This document shows positions 1 to 9,168 of a stretch of 32,000 nt of DNA, piece by piece. The position numbers and the translations under genes were made by a program. Positions within the stretch are counted from its first letter, which is position 1, and each line of letters opens with the position of its first letter. Below the pieces are notes generated by a model that searched no databases, was not told the DNA's origin, and was given only the letters and a program-made list of their open reading frames with translations. The DNA comes from Vulcanisaeta distributa DSM 14429 (GTDB lineage: Archaea > Thermoproteota > Thermoprotei > Thermoproteales > Thermocladiaceae): NCBI RefSeq assembly GCF_000148385.1, contig NC_014537.1:720001-752000 (forward strand), in the 5' to 3' direction.

Positions 1-68
1 TCAGGCTTCTCTAAATTGCCCAGGCTAACCCTAATGACTATGCCCATGTGCCTCAATAAATCTTGCAT
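1..68 (-). CDS. possible 5' end of a gene running off the left edge (MQDLLRHMGIVIRVSLGNLEKP...)
   Basis: An ATG at 66-68 on the minus strand opens a frame with no stop down to position 1. Only 22 codons are visible and no motif is recognisable. Confidence 0.2.
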   Translation of the reverse strand, partial: MQDLLRHMGIVIRVSLGNLEKP

Positions 69-75
69 AAAAGCA

Positions 76-85
76 TTTTTAAAGG
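76..85 (+). promoter_or_regulatory. TATA-like box for nnr
   Basis: TTTTTAAAGG ends about 22 nt upstream of the ATG at 107, which fits a leaderless archaeal promoter. Confidence 0.5.
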
Positions 86-106
86 CATAACACGTCATTA
101 ACGGGT

Positions 107-1717
107 ATGCCCGTCGACTTCAGGGATTGGTCATCAGCTGCAATTACATCGCTTGAGATGAGGGTCATTGATAGGAATGCCGCCTACATGGGCATTGATA
201 GGCACATACTCATGGAGAACGCAGGTAGGTCCGTGGCCACTACCGTCATTGAGAGGTACCCGAAGGCCAGGAGGATTCTTGTTGTCGCTGGGTTGGGTGA
301 TAATGGTGGTGATGGTATCGTAGCCGCCAGATACCTGCACTCATGGGGTAGGGAGGTTAAGGTGGTTCTCCTTGGTCGCATTAGTGATGCTAGGGAGGAG
401 TTGGTCGTGGATAATCTGGGCATCCTTAGAGGATTGAATGTGGAGATAATAGAGGCTCCAACGCCCTACGACTTACTCGCTCATCAGGAGGTCTTTCACC
501 CATGGGCTGAGGTAATCATAGACGCTATAATAGGCACTGGGATTAGGGGTGTTCTCAGGGAGCCTCAGGCCACGGCCATCGAATTAATCAATAAGTCATC
601 AGCGTATAAGGTAGCCGTTGACATACCCAGTGGGTTGGATCCAGACACCGGGGAGGTTAGGGACATTGCGGTTAGGGCGCATGTCACAGTAACAATGCAT
701 AGGCCAAAGGTTGGCCTGGTTAAGGAGGGTGTTTCTCAATACGTTGGTGACTTGGTGATTGCGGATATTGGAATTCCCGAGGAGGTGGAGCATGTTGTTG
801 GTCCTGGCGACCTATATTACATGAGTTATGCCAGAAAGCCCGACTCGAAGAAGGGTGATAATGGGCGTGTACTATTCATTGGTGGTTCCAGGGAGTTCAC
901 AGGCGCCATTTACCTAGCGGCTAAGGCGGCGCTTAGGACTGGAGTCGACTTATCCGTGGTTATGGCCCCTAGGGATGTGGCTAGGGACATAAGGGCTCAC
1001 GACCCAAGCATAATAGCCATACCCCTAGACGGTGATTACCTAATGCTTAACCATGTGGATCAAATAATGGAGCAGGTTGGTAAGTCCCACGTAATAGCCA
1101 TTGGGCCTGGGCTCGGGCTTAGGGAGGAGACTATGAAGGCAGTTGTTGAGTTGGTCTCTAGGGCTGTTGATGTTGGTAAGAGGGTGGTCATCGACGCAGA
1201 CGCCATTAAGGCAATTGGCGAGTTGAAGAGGCAGGACTTAATAACGAAGAATGTAATTATAACGCCACACGCCGGTGAATTTAAGTGGTTGACTGGCGTT
1301 GACATTACTAAAGAGGGTAATGTCTGGTCGAGGGCTGTGATGGTGCGTGACGTGGTTAAATCATCGCTGAGGGGCGGCGTTGTATTGCTTAAGGGTAATG
1401 TTGATGTGATAACCGATGGCGAGAGGTACAAGCTTAATTTCACGGGTAATCCCGGAATGACCGTTGGGGGCACGGGGGATGTGCTCACTGGCGTTGTCTC
1501 GGCATTAATGGTTAAGGTTCAGGACCCACTTGAGGCCGCCGCAATTGGCGCCTTCATAACAGGGCTTGCAGGTGACTTAGCGACTAAGGAGCTTGGTTAC
1601 CACATAACGCCTATTGATGTTTTGGAGAATATACCTAAGGTGTTCAAGAGGTTAATGAACGTTGATGAGATTGTTAGTTCGTCAATCCACCCACAGGCCC
1701 TAAAACTCATTGGTTAA
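107..1717 (+). CDS. nnr: bifunctional NAD(P)H-hydrate repair enzyme (YjeF-N epimerase fused to ADP-dependent dehydratase)
   Basis: 536-aa ORF. The N-terminal GLGDNGGDG loop is typical of YjeF_N. The C-terminal half carries GPGLG, TPHAGEF and GGTGDVLTG, which are motifs of the ribokinase-like dehydratase domain. Confidence 0.9.
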   Translation: MPVDFRDWSSAAITSLEMRVIDRNAAYMGIDRHILMENAGRSVATTVIERYPKARRILVVAGLGDNGGDGIVAARYLHSWGREVKVVLLGRISDAREELVVDNLGILRGLNVEIIEAPTPYDLLAHQEVFHPWAEVIIDAIIGTGIRGVLREPQATAIELINKSSAYKVAVDIPSGLDPDTGEVRDIAVRAHVTVTMHRPKVGLVKEGVSQYVGDLVIADIGIPEEVEHVVGPGDLYYMSYARKPDSKKGDNGRVLFIGGSREFTGAIYLAAKAALRTGVDLSVVMAPRDVARDIRAHDPSIIAIPLDGDYLMLNHVDQIMEQVGKSHVIAIGPGLGLREETMKAVVELVSRAVDVGKRVVIDADAIKAIGELKRQDLITKNVIITPHAGEFKWLTGVDITKEGNVWSRAVMVRDVVKSSLRGGVVLLKGNVDVITDGERYKLNFTGNPGMTVGGTGDVLTGVVSALMVKVQDPLEAAAIGAFITGLAGDLATKELGYHITPIDVLENIPKVFKRLMNVDEIVSSSIHPQALKLIG

Positions 1718-1760
1718 GCACTACCTGGTTAAGAACGTCATTGACCATTGAGCTCAATTA

Positions 1761-1812
1761 TCAGTAGCCTGGAAGGTCATCAATTACCGTCAGAGTCCAC
1801 CATGGTCATCAC
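1761..1812 (-). ncRNA. C/D box sRNA (2'-O-methylation guide)
   Basis: The minus strand reads GUGAUGA, 12 nt (CCAUGGUGGACU), CUGA, 6 nt, UUGAUGA, 12 nt (CCUUCCAGGCUA), CUGA. This is the canonical archaeal C-D'-C'-D architecture, and the locus is intergenic. Confidence 0.75.
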
Positions 1813-1843
1813 TTGTATCCCACAACCGTTGAGATTATTAAAT

Positions 1844-2119
1844 CTATGCCAGCGGCACATTTATAGCTTTCTTACCTCTCAATGGACGTCCACGCCTACC
1901 CCTCTCGCGGGTCTTCCTAATGTCTAGGGCTATGTCCAGTGGGTTGTAGGTTATCGTAACATTAACAACATCCCCATCGGCGCAAGCCACAATGTGAATC
2001 TTGGGGTCGTTAAGTAGCAAGATCTCGCACTCAAAGTCTAGGTTTCCATAATCACCAATTAACTGCTTCCTTAGGGCTAACCACAGTGTTTTCCTTACTA
2101 CCAGTGTCTCTCTAATCAT
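1844..2119 (-). CDS. hypothetical small protein with a basic C-terminal tail (RKTRERGRRGRPLRGKK)
   Basis: 91-aa ORF. A TATA-like CCTTTATTTATC lies about 25-30 nt upstream on the minus strand. I recognise no family. Confidence 0.5.
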   Translation of the reverse strand: MIRETLVVRKTLWLALRKQLIGDYGNLDFECEILLLNDPKIHIVACADGDVVNVTITYNPLDIALDIRKTRERGRRGRPLRGKKAINVPLA

Positions 2120-2275
2120 TCTATTTCAATAATTCAACTCCAGATAAATAAAGGTTTTCCCGCAATTATTCAAAAACATGCCATGGGCATATCAACATTA
2201 ATTCTCGATACAAGCCAGGGTAAACTCCTCGAGACCTGTAACGAATGAAGCGCTTATCCCCACCACTTCACTTAG

Positions 2276-3055
2276 GTGGTGATGAGTAGTAGGTTAGTTA
2301 GTAGGAGGGTTCATACAGACACCGGTGCATTATCGTTATTAATTACGAATTATGCATTCTCCCTAATAACGCTAGTGATGATTAATGGCCATAGCATTAA
2401 TGTTATTAGGTTGGTGTTAACTACAGCCCTCGCAGCACTAAATATTATAAGTCTAGTGAAGGCGCACCTGGGCTTAATTTCGAGAAGGGGCTTACGTGAT
2501 TACTCACTATTCCTAATAAACACAGCGCCATACCTGGTACTCATTCCTTACCTAGGCATTTGGTTATTAATACCCCTGGTACCGCTCATGTTATTCATTG
2601 CGGAGGTTGTGCGTGGGAGGGGTAGGTCAGTGGTGGCTAATGTTTCTGGAACTGCATTAATAGCATCAACGTACCTAGCGTGGTACGTCTTCATGGATGG
2701 CGACTTAGTCCTTAAGGTAATAATGGCGTCATTAACATGGGTAATCTACCACGCATTTTCCGCACTGTACGTGGAGGGTAAATTACCCTTTAGGCAGGGC
2801 GTTAAGCCTCATCACTCATCACTCCTCTGGTTCATAGGCTTGCCGGCTCTGGCCTACGGTATTTACGCCGTGGGCGGTTTACTGCCTTTAATAATACTTA
2901 TCGAGCCAACGATCAGGGCGTTCATCGCGACTAAGGAGGGTAAGTTACCTATGAATGATTTAAGGCGTAGGATTAGGAGGATTGGCATTGGATTACTAAT
3001 TGAGTCGCTGGTCTTTGCCGGCCTTATCCTGCTCCTTTTCTATGCATTGGCGTGA
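2276..3055 (+). CDS. polytopic integral membrane protein, function unknown
   Basis: 259-aa ORF with about 7-8 hydrophobic segments. The start is uncertain: GTG at 2276 or ATG at 2282. Confidence 0.6.
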   Translation: MVMSSRLVSRRVHTDTGALSLLITNYAFSLITLVMINGHSINVIRLVLTTALAALNIISLVKAHLGLISRRGLRDYSLFLINTAPYLVLIPYLGIWLLIPLVPLMLFIAEVVRGRGRSVVANVSGTALIASTYLAWYVFMDGDLVLKVIMASLTWVIYHAFSALYVEGKLPFRQGVKPHHSSLLWFIGLPALAYGIYAVGGLLPLIILIEPTIRAFIATKEGKLPMNDLRRRIRRIGIGLLIESLVFAGLILLLFYALA

Positions 3056-3883
3056 TTATCCCTGGTAAAGAAGCACGCCAGAGTACCAGTTGAGTGTTGA
3101 GCCTGGCGCCTGAATAATGATCTGCCAGCATGGGTAGTTGCTGATGTTTATGTTTATGGTCTCCGCAGTCGTTGCGTAGGTTGAACACACCGGGATGCTT
3201 ATTGACGTGCCTGGCACTGTGTAGCAATAAACAGTTACATTGCCACCCGAGGGCACGCTCACGTTAATAAGCAGTACTTTGACGAGCGTTAAATTGCTGA
3301 ATGTGAATAGGGTGTATGACTGCTGTATGTATGTGTAGGGTGCGCCATATAATTGATAATACATGGCTACATGCCTCATTAATTTATTGAGCAAATTTAT
3401 TATTTCCGTATTGTTATTAGCCACGTAATTGCTCACGTTAATTACGGCATTGTATATAGTGCTCTCCGCATTATTTATCGTCGATGTTACGTTACTCTCT
3501 ATATTGCTTTCCACGTTATTTATCGAAATTATGATTGACGAGTTAACCGTCGCCAACTTATTAATTATCCTAGTATTACTTCTATTTACTGCATTTATTA
3601 TGTTTGTCGTATTGATGCGTTGATAGTAGTAAATATTTTCTAGGTACATGGTTATTGCGCTTAGGTAGTTAACGATGTCGTGGTAGAGGCTTCTCGTGTA
3701 GTTAAGTATTGATGATGCGGTTGTATTTATTGGCTCTAGATATTGCTGTTGTATTGTGTTTTCCTGGGCTAAGATACTACCTGTGTTTGTCATTATGGGG
3801 TTTAGGTAGATGGCCATTGATATTACCAGTAATGCGATGATTACTATTAAGAGTGCGAGGGTATACCTCGTATTCCACGCCAT
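3056..3883 (-). CDS. N-terminally membrane-anchored, Asn-rich extracellular protein with a hendecad-periodic central region and many N-x-S/T sequons
   Basis: 275-aa ORF. It has an N-terminal TM segment (LALLIVIIALLVISMAIYL), about 8 consecutive 11-residue blocks, and a Cys-containing C-terminal region. Confidence 0.65.
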   Translation of the reverse strand: MAWNTRYTLALLIVIIALLVISMAIYLNPIMTNTGSILAQENTIQQQYLEPINTTASSILNYTRSLYHDIVNYLSAITMYLENIYYYQRINTTNIINAVNRSNTRIINKLATVNSSIIISINNVESNIESNVTSTINNAESTIYNAVINVSNYVANNNTEIINLLNKLMRHVAMYYQLYGAPYTYIQQSYTLFTFSNLTLVKVLLINVSVPSGGNVTVYCYTVPGTSISIPVCSTYATTAETININISNYPCWQIIIQAPGSTLNWYSGVLLYQG

Positions 3884-4006
3884 ATTAGATTAATTAGTGG
3901 TTTCGGACTTATATGAGTTGCTGAGGGTTAAATGGGTTTACCCAGTAGTTATGGTATTGTGACTTATAGAGAAATAGTTATAAGGACATAAGTAGTAATA
4001 GATCTA

Positions 4007-5887
4007 ATGGTACCGAGCACGACCGATGAGGTTGAACGGCTTCTCCGAAGTAAAATGAGTGATGAGATGTACCGAAGACTAATGAACATCAATAACCCAG
4101 AACTTCACAAATTCATAGCCTGGGCCGTGGATCTGTGCAAGCCCAATTCCGTTTTCATAAATACGGGTAGCCCTGAGGATCTCGATTACATTAGAAGAAG
4201 GGCCATAGAGGTCGGTGAGGAGATACCGTTGAAAACCCCTGGACACACGGTTCACTTTGATAGTCCTTATGACCAGGCGAGGGCCCGTGAGGACACGGCC
4301 ATATTACTACCCAATGGTCAGAGGCTTCCCTTCATAAGGACTAAGGACCGTGATGAGGGATTGAAGGAAATGTACTCATTACTTGACGGTATAATGAAGG
4401 GTAGGGAAATGCTGGTGGGCTTCTACTCATTGGGGCCTAAGGGCTCACCCTTCAGTATATTGGCTGTTCAAATAACGGATTCCTACTACGTAATGCATAA
4501 TGAGAACATACTATATAGGACCGCTTACGACGAATTCGTCAGGCAGGGCGAGAGGGCTAGGTTCCTCAAGTTCATTCATTCCCAGGGTGAGTTAAACGAG
4601 ATGAAGCAAAGTAAGAACATTAAACAGAGGAGAATCTACATAGACCTCCTCGGCGAGACCGTGTACTCAGTTAACACGCAATACGGCGGTAATAGCATTG
4701 GTCTCAAGAAACTCGCCCTTAGACTCACGATTAAGAGGGCTATGGAGGAGGGATGGCTCAGTGAGCACATGTTTATAATAGGTGTTGAGGGGCCAAATGG
4801 CAGAGTCACGTACTTCACTGGTGCATTCCCATCATACTCAGGCAAGACGTCAACGGCAATGCTCGGTAGGTTAATTGGGGATGACCTGGCATTCCTAGGG
4901 AATGTCAATGGTGAGGTTAGGGCCGTTAATCCTGAAATAGGCGTGTTCGGCATAATTGAGGGCATAAACCCAATCGATGATCCATTAATATACGAGGTGC
5001 TGATGAAACCAAACGAGGTAATATTCTCGAACGTGTTAATTACCGAGGATGGTGAGGTGTACTGGAACGGGATGGGTAAGCCAGAACCGGAGAGGGGCAT
5101 TAATTACACGGGCAAGTGGTGGAGGGGGAAGACCGATGAGAAGGGTAACCCAATACCACCATCGCACCCCAACGCAAGGTTCACAGTGTCACTAAAGGCA
5201 TTTAAGAACCTGGACCCAGCCTATGATGATCCAAACGGTGTTGTTGTTGGTGGAATAATATTCGGGGGTAGGGACCCGGACACATTAGTCCCCGTTGTTG
5301 AGTCCTTTAATTGGGAGCATGGCGTGGTCACGATAGCCGCGTCCCTAGAGTCGGAGAGGACGGCTGCCGTGATCGGGAAGCCCGGCGAGAGGGAGTTTAA
5401 CCCAATGGCTAACCTTGACTTCCTATCCGTGGACCTAGGCATTTACATAACTAATTACCTAAAGTTTGGTGAGGGTCTTACGAAGCCTCCAAAGATATTT
5501 GGTGTTAATTACTTCCTTAGGGATGAGCAGGGCAGCTTCCTGAATAGTAAGGAGGATAAGAGGGTCTGGCTTCAGTGGATGGAGAGGAGGGTGCATAATG
5601 AGCTTGGCGCAATAACCACGCCCATAGGCTACATACCTAGGTATGAGGACCTAAAGGCTCTATTCAGGGAGGTGCTCAATAGGGAGTATAGGCTTGAGGA
5701 TTACACGAAGCAATTTGCAATAAGGGCTACAAAGCTTCTCGAGAAGATAGACAGAATTTGGAAGATATACTCGGAGATACCCACGACACCGAGGAGGTTC
5801 TTCGAAGTACTTGAGGAACAGAGACGGAGGTTGTTGGATGCCAAGAATAAGTACGGCGACGTAATACCACCGCAGAAGTTCGAGTAA
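4007..5887 (+). CDS. pckG: phosphoenolpyruvate carboxykinase (GTP)
   Basis: 626-aa ORF with GTP-PEPCK architecture. The P-loop region reads FPSYSGKTS (canonical FPSACGKTN). NARFT and FGGRD-type motifs are also present. Confidence 0.9.
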   Translation: MVPSTTDEVERLLRSKMSDEMYRRLMNINNPELHKFIAWAVDLCKPNSVFINTGSPEDLDYIRRRAIEVGEEIPLKTPGHTVHFDSPYDQARAREDTAILLPNGQRLPFIRTKDRDEGLKEMYSLLDGIMKGREMLVGFYSLGPKGSPFSILAVQITDSYYVMHNENILYRTAYDEFVRQGERARFLKFIHSQGELNEMKQSKNIKQRRIYIDLLGETVYSVNTQYGGNSIGLKKLALRLTIKRAMEEGWLSEHMFIIGVEGPNGRVTYFTGAFPSYSGKTSTAMLGRLIGDDLAFLGNVNGEVRAVNPEIGVFGIIEGINPIDDPLIYEVLMKPNEVIFSNVLITEDGEVYWNGMGKPEPERGINYTGKWWRGKTDEKGNPIPPSHPNARFTVSLKAFKNLDPAYDDPNGVVVGGIIFGGRDPDTLVPVVESFNWEHGVVTIAASLESERTAAVIGKPGEREFNPMANLDFLSVDLGIYITNYLKFGEGLTKPPKIFGVNYFLRDEQGSFLNSKEDKRVWLQWMERRVHNELGAITTPIGYIPRYEDLKALFREVLNREYRLEDYTKQFAIRATKLLEKIDRIWKIYSEIPTTPRRFFEVLEEQRRRLLDAKNKYGDVIPPQKFE

Positions 5888-5942
5888 GGGTTCATAATAT
5901 TTAAGGGTTAAAAACCACAGCAAAACTCCTTAACTTAATAAA

Positions 5943-6302
5943 ATGGCATCACGATGGTATGCAAGGGCTGAGCGGTATAGGACGTTGAGTAAAGATATGC
6001 TCAATAGAGGTTTTTATCCAGAGGCGTGCTTTTTCGCGCAGCAAGCTACTGAATTTTACCTTAAGGGTAAGCTTATAGAATTAACGGGTTCGAGACTATA
6101 TACTCATTCAATAGTCACGCTGTTAAATCAGGTGGTCTCAATACTTAATAAGCCCATTAACAACGATGTCATTAGGTGCGCTAAGCTCCTTACCGAGCAG
6201 TACATAGGGTCTAGATACCCTGATGCCCGAATGATTGATTATGATAAGGATGACGCCGAAGATTGCCTCAGGTGCATGGAGATGGTGATGAGTTATGTTT
6301 AG
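5943..6302 (+). CDS. HEPN domain protein (putative toxin of a HEPN-MNT pair)
   Basis: 119-aa ORF with SRLYTHSI (an R-x3-H variant of the HEPN R-x4-6-H motif, with T-H as in HEPN PF05168-like proteins) and the IGSRYPD motif. It overlaps the downstream MNT gene by 8 nt. Confidence 0.8.
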   Translation: MASRWYARAERYRTLSKDMLNRGFYPEACFFAQQATEFYLKGKLIELTGSRLYTHSIVTLLNQVVSILNKPINNDVIRCAKLLTEQYIGSRYPDARMIDYDKDDAEDCLRCMEMVMSYV

Positions 6303-6672
6303 GGAAATCCTCCTAAGAATGCACCGTGAAATCGAAGAGTGGATAGGAGGGCTATGTAATGAGGGTTACACGGTCATACTCTTCGGCTCAAGGGCGCGTG
6401 GTGAGGCTAGGATAGACAGTGACTGGGACTTACTCATCATAGGTGATAAACCACCCACCGAGCCACCGAATGACCTTGCTCAGGTGCATTACGCGGACGT
6501 TTCAACGGCTGAAAGGGAAATTGAAAACTTCAACACGATATTTCTCGATGCATTCTACGAAGGTAAGTTACTATGTGGTGACACGGTTATGTTCAATAAA
6601 TTGAGAAATAAAGTCCTTAACGTGACTAAAGATTTCGTGAAGACGAAGGACGGGTGGATAAGAATAAGGTAA
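6295..6672 (+). CDS. minimal nucleotidyltransferase (MNT, putative antitoxin of the HEPN-MNT pair)
   Basis: 125-aa ORF with LFGSRARGEARIDSDWDLLI, which matches the G-S-x(9-10)-D-x-D pol-beta-type NTase signature. Confidence 0.85.
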   Translation: MFREILLRMHREIEEWIGGLCNEGYTVILFGSRARGEARIDSDWDLLIIGDKPPTEPPNDLAQVHYADVSTAEREIENFNTIFLDAFYEGKLLCGDTVMFNKLRNKVLNVTKDFVKTKDGWIRIR

Positions 6673-6690
6673 TAAGATCTATGGCAAAAT

Positions 6691-6768
<78 letters not shown>

Positions 6769-6789
6769 GTCAAGTACACTTTATCACCG

Positions 6790-6803
6790 CCTTTTAAGGT
6801 TTT
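6790..6803 (-). promoter_or_regulatory. TATA-like box for tRNA-Lys
   Basis: AAAACCTTAAAAGG on the minus strand is centred about 29 nt upstream of the tRNA 5' end. Confidence 0.55.
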
Positions 6804-6845
6804 ATGTTGCCTTAGCTTTTTAACCTCGTTGTTTTAATTTACTCC

Positions 6846-7190
6846 GTGTCTTCGATAGTCGATGTTAGGCTTGGTGATTACCATGGTGAGTGGATTTTGG
6901 ATAATGGCGTTGTTAGGTATGTTGAGCATATAGGTAGTGATGTTATTGAGGCTGAGCTTGAGGGTTGTGGTGAGGATTACACTGATTGTGTTATTGAGGA
7001 TGTGGTTAAGAGACTTGGTGATGAGCTTAAGCTCCCAAGGTCAATTCTCGGTTCGGTGAAGGCTAGGCTTAAGGTCCTTGGCCTCCCTTTAGTGATCACA
7101 CTGCGTGAGGAGGTTAATGTATCGATTATTGAGTTTAGGGGTAGGAATGGTAATGCTCAATTGGTCATTCACTATCAACTTATTTCCTGA
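6846..7190 (+). CDS. hypothetical acidic cytoplasmic protein
   Basis: 114-aa ORF with a GTG start. TTTTTAACC lies about 25 nt upstream. No family recognised. Confidence 0.45.
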   Translation: MSSIVDVRLGDYHGEWILDNGVVRYVEHIGSDVIEAELEGCGEDYTDCVIEDVVKRLGDELKLPRSILGSVKARLKVLGLPLVITLREEVNVSIIEFRGRNGNAQLVIHYQLIS

Positions 7191-8337
7191 GGAGGATTAC
7201 CCTGAGTATTGCGTATAGTATGAATGCTATTACGAATATTATCAAGGCCAATAGCGCTATTCCACCGAGCCCCAGCTTCACGTATGAGTAACTACCCAGG
7301 ATGCTGCCTAACCCCATGCCGAACCCAAGCACTAGGCTGTAGAGGCCCATCGCTGAGCCTCTCATGCTTATCAGCGCTTCATCACCCGTTAATGCAAGTA
7401 TTGATGGCACTACGGCAGACGCCATGAATATGAAGGGGGCTGAGACTGCGACGGCGATTATTGGGTTAATACCCAACAGAAGTAGTACCGTTAGTATTAT
7501 GAGGCCAATACTCACACCAGTAACCCCAATACTCATCGTCCTCAATCTACCAAGCCTATCAGATACGTAACCAAAGAATACCGAGCCAAGGCCAACCACG
7601 AGCGTTGCGCCGAGGAATAGGGCACCAACGTGTATCGGCATCACGCCCTTAATACTCCCTATAGCCCTGCCCGAGTATATCGCAGCGCCCAGTATCGTAG
7701 TTATTGAGAACCAAATGGGCAATGTCGGTATGGCCCTCCTCGAAATACCCCTCAACGGATTTAAGTAAACAGCACCTGTGGCCGGTCTAGTCTCGATTAT
7801 GTACTTAAAGACTATTGCGTAGAGTATGATTAGTAGTATTAGCAGCACTATGAATGCCATTGCTCCTCTAATCACTTGGTAAAGTATTGAGCCAATCATG
7901 TAACCGAGTGCATAACCGAATATGTTCATGAAGTCGAAGACCCCCATGCCTAACCCCCTGAACCCCTTCTCCGTTAGGTCTGTTATCATCGCCAACGTGG
8001 ATACGAGGACCAAGGCCGCGCCAAAGCCCATTGCGCCATTGAATGCGGCGGTGGCTAGGGGATTCCTTAGTAGGGCTATTGCTAGGTATATCAATGCCAT
8101 GAACATCAGTATCCAGGTATACCCAAGTATCAATGTCAATCTCCTCCCCAACCTATCGGCCATGTAACCAGCCACGAAGGAGCTCAAGGCCTCGACAAAT
8201 GGGTATGAGGCAAGTATTAGGCCAACCATTATATTACCACCTGGCGATAGGTAGGATATCAGGAATGTGTTTGCTCCCGACCCAACCCTAATCATTAGTA
8301 TTGGTAGGTATGGCAGCAATGCCCTGTCACTCTTCAT
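7180..8337 (-). CDS. MFS transporter
   Basis: 385-aa ORF with about 12 TM segments. MFS motif A appears in both halves (GYMADRLGRR and GYVSDRLGRLR). Confidence 0.8.
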   Translation of the reverse strand: MKSDRALLPYLPILMIRVGSGANTFLISYLSPGGNIMVGLILASYPFVEALSSFVAGYMADRLGRRLTLILGYTWILMFMALIYLAIALLRNPLATAAFNGAMGFGAALVLVSTLAMITDLTEKGFRGLGMGVFDFMNIFGYALGYMIGSILYQVIRGAMAFIVLLILLIILYAIVFKYIIETRPATGAVYLNPLRGISRRAIPTLPIWFSITTILGAAIYSGRAIGSIKGVMPIHVGALFLGATLVVGLGSVFFGYVSDRLGRLRTMSIGVTGVSIGLIILTVLLLLGINPIIAVAVSAPFIFMASAVVPSILALTGDEALISMRGSAMGLYSLVLGFGMGLGSILGSYSYVKLGLGGIALLALIIFVIAFILYAILRVILLRK

Positions 8338-8384
8338 TGGTGTTAACGTGGTGCTTAATTCTTATTAATATTAAATTTTAAGTA

Positions 8385-9143
8385 ATGATTCCTGATATGG
8401 GCACTATACAATTGATTGATAGGTATTCAAGGCAGATCGCCGTCATTGGTAAGGAGGGTCAGGAGAAGTTGTCGAAGGCCCGCGTGGCCGTTGTGGGTTT
8501 GGGCGGCCTGGGCACCTTAGTATCAATGTACCTGGTTGGTGCTGGTGTTGGTGAGTTAGTAGTAATTGATTATGACACCATAAGCCTTACAGACCTCCAC
8601 AGGCAGTTATTATATAGGGAGGAGGATGTTGGTAAGCCGAAGGTTGAGGTTGCGGTGAGGAGACTCCGCGACCTTAACTCAACGGTTAAGATAAGGCCTG
8701 TGAGTGAGGCGTTGACAAGCGAGAATGCTGAGGATGTACTTAAGGACGTGGACGTTGTGGTTGACGCGCTCGATAATTGGTTTAGTAGGCAGGTATTAAA
8801 TGAGGCAGTTGTTAAGTTGAGGAAGCCCCTGGTACATGGTGCGGTGAATGGTTGGTACGGTCAAGTATCAACGATAATACCGGGCAAGACCCCTTGCCTC
8901 TATGAATTGGTCCAGGTTAGGTCATTGCCCCAGTGTGTTGGTTACTGCCCTGTTGTTGGTCCTGTGGTTGGTGTCGTGGCCTCAATAGAGGCGACGGAGG
9001 TCATTAAGTTAATAACGGGTATTGGTGAGCCCCTCATCAATAAGTTGTTGATAATTGATGGTAAGAATTGGGTTGTTGATGAGATAAAGCTTAGTAGAGT
9101 TGAGAGTTGCCCTGTCTGCTCAAGATATCTTAAGGAAAAATAA
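8385..9143 (+). CDS. ThiF/MoeB/UbaA-family E1-like adenylyltransferase
   Basis: 252-aa ORF. It has the Rossmann motif VAVVGLGGLGT, DLHRQ, VDALDN, and C-terminal Cys motifs (CVGYC and CPVC). Confidence 0.8.
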   Translation: MIPDMGTIQLIDRYSRQIAVIGKEGQEKLSKARVAVVGLGGLGTLVSMYLVGAGVGELVVIDYDTISLTDLHRQLLYREEDVGKPKVEVAVRRLRDLNSTVKIRPVSEALTSENAEDVLKDVDVVVDALDNWFSRQVLNEAVVKLRKPLVHGAVNGWYGQVSTIIPGKTPCLYELVQVRSLPQCVGYCPVVGPVVGVVASIEATEVIKLITGIGEPLINKLLIIDGKNWVVDEIKLSRVESCPVCSRYLKEK

Positions 9144-9168
9144 TTTTAAGGAATTAATTAGCAGGTTT

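Noticed and set aside
1060-1488. 142-aa minus-strand ORF inside nnr, and similar antisense ORFs at 134-423, 599-793, 4636-5100, 5221-5442, 10466-10765, 10978-11412, 12320-12580, 14905-15201, 20698-21178, 25234-25566 and 29265-29537
   Set aside because: They lie entirely antisense to long ORFs that have clear family motifs. Their Ser/Thr/Pro/Leu-rich composition is typical of shadow frames, and none has a motif or promoter.
3429-3623. 64-aa plus-strand ORF with a very hydrophobic, low-complexity sequence
   Set aside because: It is antisense to the AT-rich Asn-repeat region of the 3056-3883 gene. It is an artefact of Asn codons (AAT/AAC) reading as Ile/Val on the opposite strand.
9100-9168. 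Track start of the DHH gene at 9100, overlapping the E1 gene by 44 nt
   Set aside because: The first 23 residues (MRVALSAQDILRKNNFKELISRF) overlap the E1 C-terminal Cys motif region. The ATG at 9169 gives a normal DHH N terminus. Both starts remain possible.
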